64,000 bases of DNA, from positions 19,716,001 to 19,780,000 of the forward strand of contig CM068747.1 in assembly GCA_035084275.1 (NCBI GenBank), read 5' to 3'. Positions 12,311 through 22,075 of the stretch are shown here, in pieces; positions within the stretch are counted from its first letter, which is position 1, and the number at the start of each line of letters is the position of its first letter. Made by a program: the position numbers and the translations under genes. The DNA is from Hydrolagus colliei (lineage: Eukaryota). Below the pieces are notes generated by a model. It was not told the DNA's origin. It did no database searches and worked only from the letters and a program-made list of their open reading frames with translations.

Positions 12311-13175
12311 TACTTCAACCTAGTGTACAGTAGTCACTGCTCACAACAAAGTCTCCTCTACACCAAGGAGACCAAACGCAGATTGGCTAATGACTTTGCC
12401 GAACATCTCGGTTTGGTCGGCAGTTGTAATCCTGAGCTTCTAATTCTCATTCCCACTCTGACCTCTCTGTCCCTGGCTTTCTAAGCTGCTCCAATGAAAA
12501 ACAATTTGACCTTGAGGGACAACACCTCATCTATCTCACACACCTTCTTAACATTCAACAAGAAAAGTTAGCTCTCATCCAGGACTTGATATCCAACAAG
12601 CAGTCTGACGACAGCAGTGGTCCTGGAGTCGACGGTGGAGACAGAGGTAGAGTTGTGTATCATCTGCGTACATGTGGAAGTTGGCCCTTGTCTATGGGTG
12701 ATGTTACTAAGAGGGAGTATGTAGATGTTGAAAAGGAGAGGGCCAAGGACAGAGACCTGGGGGACACCACATGTGATCATGTGAGGGCTGGAGGCAAAGC
12801 CATTAGTGCGGAGACAAAGTGGAGATGGTGGGAGAGGTAGGATTTATACCAGGCAAGGGCAGGTCCATGTAAGGAGAGCTGAAAGGAGAGGCAGTGGAAA
12901 AGGATGGATACATCTTTTTCTTTCTCTGTGATCTCCCACTATTGGCTTCCTTTTTCTTGCACCATCAACATCTCTGTGATCTCATCATGTCCTCTCCTCC
13001 ACCTAATTTATTTTTGTTTTTTCCTCGCCCCCTTTTCTGTCGGTTCTTATAAACTGCTCCCTTCCAATGTCCCCCAGTTCCTACAAAAGATCGTCAACCT
13101 GAAACATTAACTCACTTTCCTCTCCCCATAGATGCTGCCTGACCTGTTGAGTGAGCCAGCGACTTCTGTTTTTAC
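12311..13175 (+). mobile_element. Penelope-like element relic (GIY-YIG endonuclease fragment and terminal region), interrupted by L2
   Basis: From 12311 reads YFNLVYSSHCSQQSLLYTKETKRRLANDFAEHL, a decayed GIY-YIG pattern (VY-I-C..C..LYIGET.R.L..RF.EH). A terminal-repeat-like stretch ACCTGAAACATTAACTC..AGATGCTGCCTGACCTGTTGAGT lies at ~13095-13155. Confidence 0.7.
12566..12903 (-). mobile_element. L2 LINE reverse transcriptase fragment (frameshifted)
   Basis: Minus strand ITCGVPQVSVLGPLLFNIYILPL and, in another frame, NFHMYADDTQLYL (RT core motifs). Confidence 0.9.
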
Positions 13176-13989
13176 TTTAATCTTCCCAGACTAGTTGGCG
13201 AATGCCTGTCACGTTTCGTTGCAAAAATACTCATCATGTTTTATCATAATTACTGTGAAGCATATTGAGACATTTTGAAGTGATGTGGCTCCATGAAGTA
13301 ATCCTTTCCTCTGCAGTTCACCTACTGCTTTTTAGTGCTTTTGTAATTGAAAGAGTAGCACTAGTGGATGTTTGCAAATCCAACTACAGACTAGCAGACA
13401 GACAGGCAGAGAGGGAAAGAGAAAACTTACTGTGTCTGTTACTATCTCTGATGAACCTTCATTAGTGTCTGGGGCTGCAGTGCTAAATTGGCTTTGAGTG
13501 CAGCGCTCCCAGAGAAAGCACCTACTACAATTTCTGCAGGTCTATTTGGTGGCTAGAATGAGTGTGTTTGAAATGAATTATTCCTTCAACAGTTTAGCTA
13601 GCTGTAGCTGGGACTTTTTGAACTTAAAATCTTCACAGTAACTGTCGTCGCCAGAGCTGTCTCACTTTGTATATTTGCGTGGCCTCAACTAACACTTGAA
13701 CTCTAGTTAGAGAGAGAGACAAGAATCTTGGATCTGCTCAATGTGCCGCAGGATATTGGTTAAAACGTAGAAACTGCTTTTATATTCTTGCAAAAAGCTG
13801 GACTCTAATTGACATCTTTTAAGAATTTCATTAATCATTTAATGGTTCCATGTCACTTGACTATTTCGGTACAAGCATATTCAGACTTATTTGCTTCATG
13901 AATTATTACAGCAAAACCTTTCTGGCTTCACAATCATGCTCAAAATAGGTTTGTGAAATGTTTTTAATGTGTTAAATAAAAAGAATAAT

Positions 13990-14157
13990 AATTTGGTCAC
14001 TCAATCCATATCTGTTTGTGGGACAGTGATGTGCGCAATTGGCTGCCACATTTTGCCTACAAAATATGCAGTTGATTCATTTTACAGTAAAAACAGAAGC
14101 GCTTTGAGAAGTCTAGAATATGTGATAAGGTGATATATCAAATGCAAGAATTATTAT
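13990..14157 (+). mobile_element. 5'-truncated SINE (family S1)
   Basis: TTGGTCACTCAATCCATATCTGTTTGTGGGACAGTGATGTGCGCAATTGGCTGCC..GATATATCAAATGCAAGAATTATTAT. Confidence 0.8.
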
Positions 14158-14167
14158 CACAATGCAA

Positions 14168-14250
14168 TGTCCTTCAGATGAGTCAAACCACCAAATAACA
14201 TCCGCCTGTTCAGATGGATGTTAAAATTATTAATACACTAATTAAAAAGA
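14168..14250 (+). mobile_element. Deu-domain fragment
   Basis: GTCCTTCAGATGAG..CCGCCTGTTCAGATGGATGTTAAA resembles 21815-21880. Confidence 0.5.
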
Positions 14251-14734
14251 GAAGGCAGTATGTACGAATGTTAGGAGGATATCTCTGGGTATCTTGAAGG
14301 ATGTTAAGGTGTTGAATCTGTTTTTGTACAACACTCTTTTCATGGGCCAAGCCATGGAAAATCGTAGCTCACCTTCCATATGAAATATTTTCATCACATT
14401 TTCAAGTAACAATGTATGGTAAATAGATGAACCTCAAAGGACTTGTCTCACTACTGTTCATCCCTCTGGAAATCAATCTGAAAGTCGGGAGAAGGCAGCA
14501 ATAGAGATTGCCATTCATAACTTGAATGTATCCAGCAAAGGAATTAATTTCTTGAAACAACCAACACCTCTGCTAGCAGTTTGATGATGGGTTTCTGGCA
14601 TGAGCAAAACCAGTCTATACCAAACAAAAGGAGGGAGTGAAATACATTTTCTCAATTGCATTTCTTACCCAAATATAGCAACTGCCACATGCTTTTCTAA
14701 GTTATGTTTCCCTGGTGATCCAACAGAACTACAT

Positions 14735-14790
14735 AAACAAACAACAAAATTACATTTATAGAGCGCCTTTCACGTCAGGAAGATGTCCCT
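14735..14790 (-). mobile_element. L2 extreme 3' tail
   Basis: AACAACAAAATTACATTTATAGAGCGCCTTTCACGTCAGGAAGATGTCCC matches the L2 ends at 12120-12198 and 19135-19190. Confidence 0.75.
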
Positions 14791-15794
14791 CTATAATAGG
14801 TCAAAGTGGTTGACATCATCAGTTAATGTTAGACCATTAAGGCAATAGAAGAGTTGACACTAGTGACATTTAGTTACTGGTAGTTTCGTCATTAATAATT
14901 AATTCTCTTAATATGTCAGTGGTGAAATGTTCATTGTTATGAAAATCATAACATTCTATGCAGGAGATAGAGTTCACTGAAATTGTGAATCAACCGTTTA
15001 ATTTGAATGCTGAATTCAGTTAAGCTGCAATTAAATAGTTCCCATAATATTTCAAAAGGCAAGCATGGTATTTAAATGCCAAAAGACTTTCCTCTTGACA
15101 TACAGAACATATGTATAGCAAAGGATTCAGCATTTAACATATGCAAATAAGACTAACTTCAATTTAATCTTTTGTAATTCAAAAGTAGTGAATAACATTT
15201 AGTACAAAGAATTTTCCATAACAAATTAAAGCAATTAGCTGTTAACTAATATGTTTTACAGCATCCGACATTTCTTCTTTTCATTGAAAAGTGGTATAAG
15301 GCCCTTTTAATGAACTTTCCAAAGTAATACTAACAAAATTGCACGAGTGCCTGACACCTCATAAGTACTGCTTGTTAGCATTAACAATGTTTGAGGAGCC
15401 AAAAAACAATGTGAAAGGTAGCAAATTTAATGTTAAGTTGGGAAGATGGTAGGGCTGGTATTCTGGAAGGATGATATCAAATGAGTCTTTTTCATCAAAA
15501 TCTCTATTGTGATTTTCTGATCAGAGGAAGCTGCTTTTTTATGATAAGCTCTATGACCATGAGTGCAATAATCAAATGATGTATGCACTGTGATTTTTGT
15601 TTGCTATCATCTTCACAGCTTGGGACCAACACTTCTTTTCCTATCCAAGTCATTGCAAAATATCATTGATCCAATAGCAGCTCTCTCAACCAAATATTAT
15701 TCACCCAGTTTCAGACACTGGTTGCCTTTTTTTTATGTGTACTTTTCTTCTATTCTTACCTCCAAATGTCAGTCTCTATTCTGTATTGAGTAGA

Positions 15795-16195
15795 CCAGGC
15801 TCTGCAACCCTATCACTGCCACATTCGCCCAACTCCACTGGTTTCCAATCACACAGATACTATATTTCAAGATCCTGGTTCTCAAAGCCCTCCGTGACCT
15901 TGCTCCCCGCTACCTCTGCGACCTCCTAACCCTCCACAAAACTGTCCACTACCTTCGCTCAGTGGCCAGGCCTTCAACCACTCTGCCCCCCACTCTCTGG
16001 AACTCCATCCTCTGCCTTGCCCCTTCCCTCCTCAAGACTCTCCTCTTTGTCCGTACGTTCATTCACCCTCCTTCCTCCCACTAACAACTACCCTTCCCAA
16101 TTCCGACCCCCACCCAGTTCAGGTTTGAAAAACCACACCTTAGAATTTTTTCCCGACGTGAAAGGCACTGTAGAAATGTTATCTTGTTGTTATTG
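15795..16195 (+). mobile_element. L2 LINE 3' fragment
   Basis: CTCCACTGGTTTCCAATC..TTCAAGATCCTGGTTCTCAAAGCCCTCC..CTCTGGAACTCCATCC..GACGTGAAAGGCAC..(TTG)n. Confidence 0.8.
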
Positions 16196-16386
16196 CTGTG
16201 CTCTCAAAAATGTATAAGTACAGTAAATGAAATCTTTATCTAAAGTAATTGTTTCTGTTATTCCTTTATCATTCAGTTTCCTTTTGTTCAATAGCAAGGT
16301 ATGTTACATATCCCCCTCCCCAAAACACATTAATTAATCTTTATACTGGATACTTTATTATTTCAGTACTTATTTGAACATTATCC

Positions 16387-16790
16387 TGGTTCAGTGGGAG
16401 AACTCTTGCCTCTGGGTAATGGTTGTAGGTTCAAGCCTCATGTCAGGACTGTCTCAGTTGACACTCTAGTGCAGTGCTCAGGGTGTGCTGCATTGTTGGG
16501 GGTGCCATCCTTTAGATGACACATGAAACTGAAGGCTCGTCTGACTGTTCAGGTGGACATTAAAGAGACTATGGCAGTAGTCAAAAAGAGAAGAGAGTTT
16601 CTCCTGATATCCTGGTCAACAAATCCCCAAAATTAAATTGGCCATTCACTGAATGTCAATGTCTGGGAAACCTACTGTTGTGCAAACTGGCTACAGTATT
16701 TTGCCTACAGAATATACAGTCAAACCACAAAGAAGTGCTTTGAGACATCTCAGCACACGATGCAGTGCTAAATGAAAGGCAAGGATTATA
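16387..16790 (+). mobile_element. Deu-domain SINE (tRNA-like head, Deu core, L2-type tail), decayed full length
   Basis: Head TGGTTCAGTGGGAGAACTCTTGCCTCTG..GGTTCAAGCC; core GGTGCCATCCTTTAGATGACAC..GTTCAGGTGGACATTAAAGA..CCTGGTCAAC; tail AAGTGCTTTGAGACATC..GCAAGGATTAT. Confidence 0.75.
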
Positions 16791-18118
16791 TACAGTATTT
16801 AGAAACTGTCTATAACAAAAAAAGCAATGATTATTAGCAGCTGCAGTGCCATAATGTTTTAATAGTTCATTGTTTCAGAAACCTTCAATTCCGTTTAATT
16901 TAAAATGTGTTGTGTTAAAAGTAGAGAAATTGGCTGTTGGGTTTAAAATACTACAATTACAGAGTAACAAAGCCTCAAACATTCTGCTCACAATCTTTGT
17001 ACAAAGCTTTGACATTTGTACATTTGGCAGATAAAAATGTTGCAAAGCGTAAACTTTTGGATAATGTTTTCTTTTCTCTTTTGTAATCTACTGAAGGTGC
17101 AGAAGAAGGCAAGGACACTGGAAAGTTTCCAGTATCTCCTATAAGCAGCCATCGTTCATGTAAAAAATGAGATTATTTTAACAAATAATTTGAATGTGGT
17201 CTAGAGGAGAGCAAATTACAGTCTTCCTTGATCCTGTCCTTTCCCAGAGCTATAAGCAATGGGAACCTTGGCTGATTATTTTTTCTTCTCTATCCTTTGA
17301 CTATCATTAACACCCCAAAATTATTGCCAAAACCTAGGTATATTGGATGTTGTTTCTATCTTGTTTTTGGGACCAAGCAGATGTACAGCAATGACCTCAA
17401 ATGGCCATTGCTGTACCTTGCAATATATTGCTTTACTTTAAAAACGTGAATGAAAGTATTAAAGCGGATGTCACAATTGCATTCTGACACACAAGGCTTC
17501 CAAATTAAGGATATAATCAGAATTGTGAGAGATGTCATCTCGAGAGATGCTAAGCACCACACTTGTTGAATAACTACTTTGCTTTGCTGCTGTTTTGGAT
17601 TGATTTAAAAGCCAATACTCCCCATGTATTTTGTGAATTAATTTATCAGCATCTAAATACCTCCCTATAACTAGCAGCATGACACAGTACAATGGAAGAA
17701 AGATCTACTGGTCTTGATGTATACATGAAAATTGTATTTTATCAGTTAGTGCTACTGTTAATGGTACACTTAATTTGTAAATGTGGCAAATATTGGCACC
17801 AGCTACATGACCAAGACCTAGTCACTGTTTTACATTTACGTTAATGAGCCTCAGCAGTGTGCTAAGCACCACACTTGTGCTTTTATTAACCAATTTAGAG
17901 CTGCTAACAAGTTCACCTCCTGAGCCATGATTGTCACGACACCATTGCCTATATTCTCGCTATATTAAATCAGCACAATAGCATATAAAATCCAGCTGTC
18001 ACATAAACCATTTCCAAAACTCCAAGTGTTTCTGGATGGCAAGACACCAAAATAAAAAGGCTCCACACAATAAAGATTTATAGACCGGTGATTAATCTCC
18101 TTCACTGATATGATGCTT

Positions 18119-18123
18119 AATAA

Positions 18124-18158
<35 letters not shown>

Positions 18159-18160
18159 AT
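18119..18160. repeat. (TAAA)n microsatellite
   Basis: About nine tandem TAAA units. Confidence 0.95.
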
Positions 18161-18262
18161 ACATGAAATACACGAATATGTGTTGAGGGGAAGTTACCAG
18201 TAACTTTCCATTGAGAAAACAGATGTAATATGCATGAACAAGTTAATTTTTCTAGACAATAA

Positions 18263-18536
18263 AATAATAATAATCCTTGCATTTGATGTAGCACTTTCAT
18301 ATCTTCCAGATGTCTCAAAGTGCTTTACAGAATATACTGTAAAGTGAATTGACTGTACATTTGTGGGCAAAACGTGCCAGCCAATTGCACACAGGAGTGT
18401 CCCACAAATAGTTGTGGATTGAAGTGACCAATTTTTACTTTTTATTTCTTGAGGGATTATTATCAGGCCAAGGTACTTAACCCAGGTCTCTCACTTGCGA
18501 GGTGAGGGTTCTAACCATGGAGCTACAGAACTCCAC
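18263..18536 (-). mobile_element. tRNA-headed SINE (family S1)
   Basis: Shared tail plus head CCCAGGTCTCTCACTTGCGAGGTGAGGGTTCTAACCATGGAGCTACAGAACTCCAC; small internal deletion relative to other copies. Confidence 0.85.
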
Positions 18537-19132
18537 AGTAGAATGTGTTACGTCTGCTATGAGTGCCTAACATCTTTTATTTATTCATAGAGGACACAAA
18601 CTTATGGCCTGAAATTCTATCCCAAATCCCCAAACTCAAGAGCAAAATATGAAGGCCCAGGGGGTCACACGCTTAGTAACTGAGCATACATCTCGGTCAG
18701 TAAAGATGCATTTTCAATCTTGGATGCTCATAGTATGACTGAGATGAGCTCCAGTTCTCTTTCCAGCTGTTTACATCTGGCAGCCTGAGAAAAGCTTTTT
18801 CTTATTTCTGCACAGATACTTCTCAGGTAATGCTAGGGTTTGAATAGCAGCAACCCATTGTGATTTCTGTGGAAGAAGTATCTCAAGTATACTGAAATGT
18901 AACCTAACTCAATCAAACAATATTGTTGAACAATATTTTGCCAAATTTTGCTCATTCTGCACATTCACTACAACTACAGCAAAGCAAACTAGTTATTTTC
19001 AATCGTCAACACAACAACCCTGATGGATCAATGTGGGAAATTTGGCTTCATAAGAGAGAACACTCATGGAAATTGTGAACTTATTATGCTACCTGCAAAG
19101 AAACATCAGTTTTTTTTTAATGGTTTGCAGCG

Positions 19133-19998
19133 TTAACAACAATAAAATTACATTTTTAGAGCGCCTTTCATAATGGGAGGATGTCCCAGTCAGGTCGGGA
19201 CCTGAGCAAGGTGGAAGGGCAGGGTAGGGGTAATGGGAGGGAGAGAGTTGGGAGGGCAGCAGAAGGCACGATCGAAAAGAGGGTTTTGAGACTGGCCTTG
19301 AAGGAGGCAAGAGAGGGAGCGAGGCAAAGGGACTGTGGGATGGAGTTCCAGAATGTAGTGGCAGAGAGGCTGAAAGTCTGTCCACCAATGGTAGGGCAGA
19401 TCAGGCGGGGGACATGGAGCAGACTGAAGCCAGCAGATTGGAGGCGGCGGGGAGGTTCATCGGGGGACAGCAGGTTGGAGAGAGGAGGGGACAAGGCTGT
19501 GAATGGCCTTGCAAGTGAGAACGATGATCTTGAATTTGATCCTCTGGGGGATGGGGAGCCAATAGAGCCGGGTGAGGGTGAGGGTGGGAGTGATGTAGTC
19601 GCTTAGCTTAGTGTGGGAGAGAACACGCTGCAGAGTTCTGAATGATCTGCAGCTTGTGAAGGGAAGATCTGAGAAGCCCGACAAGGAGAGAATTTCCATA
19701 GTCGAGCCCTTGATGTGACGAATGCGTGGACGAGGGTTTCGGCAGCCTGAGCGGTGAGGCAGAGGCGGAGTCTGGCAATGTTGCAGAGGTGGTGTAAGAC
19801 AGTACTGGTCATGGTGCAGATGTGGGGGATGAAGGACAGTTCAGGTTCAAACAAGACATCCAGGTTCCTGACTTGCTTTGAGAGGTGGAGAGTGCAACCT
19901 TGGATGCTGCCAATGCCTGAGGTGTGGAGGCGCTGACGTGAACCAATCAGGAGGGCCTCAGTCTTGCTGACATTCGACTGGAGAAAGTTGTCTCTGTC
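19133..19998 (-). mobile_element. L2 LINE 3' ~870 bp, frameshifted ORF2
   Basis: Minus frames give NFLQSNVSKTEALLIG, HLCNIARLRLCLTAQAAETLVHAFVTSR, ITPTL..LYWLPIPQRIKFKIIVLTCKA and FSLSATTFWNSIP; tail GAAAGGCGCTCTA..(TTG)n. Confidence 0.92.
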
Positions 19999-21429
19999 CA
20001 CAAGTCAATGTCAGATGTTAAAAAAGTTGATTTCTCACAATATGTGGTCTGCCCCCTTTGCTTTGGCTTCAACCATTCTCATTTTCCCTCTAATATGCCT
20101 TCCTGATTCAGACTTCCATAAAATTAACACAGTGGATCATCCTGAGAGCAACATCATTTCATTAAACATTCCATCCTAACAATAGTCCTATGGATGCTAT
20201 CACTGTTAAGAGTATTTCCTAAATCTCCTCTGTGATGTATGAAAAATAAATTAGTAACTGTATAAAATGATTGCAGACTTTTAAAATGTTATTGACCGAA
20301 ATTAACATTGTTCTTCACTATGAAAGTACAGAGGAGAATTCTATTGGTCTGTGTGATACATTCCAGTCACCAGCAGCAATCTCCATTTGTGGCAGAATCC
20401 TATTAAGAAATTCTGTTTGAAATTGCTATACAGTATTTTGATCCCATTAAAAGTGCTGTCTTGACAGAAAACGATTAGCATTTCCTGCCTTAGAGCAAAC
20501 GTATTGCATTTACGATACGTTTTATGAGGGCACTTATTAACTGCATTTTCTCTTGTCTGAAAAGCCTAAGTTTGTTCATGTGACACCAGTAACATGTTCT
20601 GCTCTGAAACTCCATGTGCCAGAATTCCCCCAAGTTGCAGTTCAGGTGCAAATCATCAATAGCTTTAGTTTAAAAGACATATGAAGGAAATGGAAGCACA
20701 GATTCCTCCTTATGCATCACAATGTACAGAATCAGCTGCCAAAGTCCCATATTAGCAGTGGAGAAAAACAAACCTGAAGTTATATACAAATTACAATTGA
20801 CAACATTGGAACTGTGCTGTTCTGGTAATGGGATAATTGTGGTATTGTATTTTCTCACAAATGCACTTGAGTATTAATATCTTTACTGTAATGTGAGAAA
20901 AGTGTTCAGGGCTGTCTACTTGTCTACTATCCAGTATCCACCATTTGATGGACTTGTAACTACCATACAGAATGATCTTTGTATGTTGCAAACGGCAAGC
21001 TCAATCCTTCCATTAAGGCATAAACCTTAAAACATTAAGTACTGTATACATAAAATAGCAAGATAATTGTGATATGTTTACTGCTAATTTAAAGTTGAGA
21101 ATAAGTGGTTAACGTGTTTTGGCTGAATTCAAGTCAACGAGTCTAGGATTGATTGTGTTATTATGACATTGTGCACAAATTTAAGTTCCTCCAACAACTA
21201 CAACAATGACAACTTGCATTTATATGGTGCCCTCCATGTAGGGTAGTGGCATTATCCAGATTACTTCGTAGTGGCGCAATCAGACAATGAGCCAGGGGGA
21301 GAGGGAATGTACTTGTCCTCTCATTTAAATCCCTCCATAGCGTCACCCACCCTACCACTGTAATTGCCTGCAACCAAATCGCAGCTGACACCTTGTTTGC
21401 TCAGAGATCATCTGCTATCTTCATGACTT

Positions 21430-21680
21430 CCACTCACCACAGATGGGTGATTCTGCCCTCAATCTCTGGAACTTGATCCCAGAGTCACGCCCGTTTGCCC
21501 CTTCCTTTGAAGCTCCCTTAAAACCTTTATTTTCGACTGCTATCTGCTATTCACTATCCCTCTCTCCCTCCTTCCTCAGCAGTCCCTCTTCCACCAGATC
21601 GGGCTGCCAGATACATCTGTGAAGTACTTTGAGACATCCTCCCAATGTGAAAGGAGTTCCATTAATGTAAAATTGTTGTT
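21430..21680 (+). mobile_element. L2 LINE 3' fragment, decayed
   Basis: CTCTGGAACTTGATCCC..CTTAAAACCTTTATTTTCGACTG..GTGAAAGGAG..AATGTAAAATTGTTGTT. Confidence 0.65.
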
Positions 21681-21811
21681 ACACCAGCTGATAAAATATT
21701 AGTAGACCTCTTCAACCACTTTTGTTTTTTACCAATTTCCACCAAAAATGCCAATTTTCTTCAGTTAATGAAGATTTACTTCAGAAACATGCAATTTATC
21801 TAATTATTTTG

Positions 21812-22075
21812 TGGTGCCATTATTCAGATGAGACCTGAAAAACTGAGGTCCCGCCTGCCTGTGCTGATGGATGTTAAAGAACCCATGATACTGATCAAAG
21901 AAAGAAAATTTATCCCAGAGCCTTGGCCACAATTCCCCCAAATTAAATTCTATGGCTGTTTGTGGGTCATTGCTGTGTGCATTCTGCATTCAATATACAG
22001 TATATTTTGTGAAGTGGTTTCAGGCGTTTCAATGGCTTGACAATGCGCTGTATCAAAATGCAAGGTATTATTATT
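21812..22075 (+). mobile_element. Deu-domain SINE, 5'-truncated
   Basis: GGTGCCATTATTCAGATGAGAC..GATGGATGTTAAAGAACCCATGATAC..CCTTGGCCA followed by the shared tail ..ATCAAAATGCAAGGTATTATTAT. Confidence 0.8.

Noticed and set aside
19133-19998. Functional reverse transcriptase gene
   Set aside because: 5'-truncated and split across several frames; a dead L2 copy.
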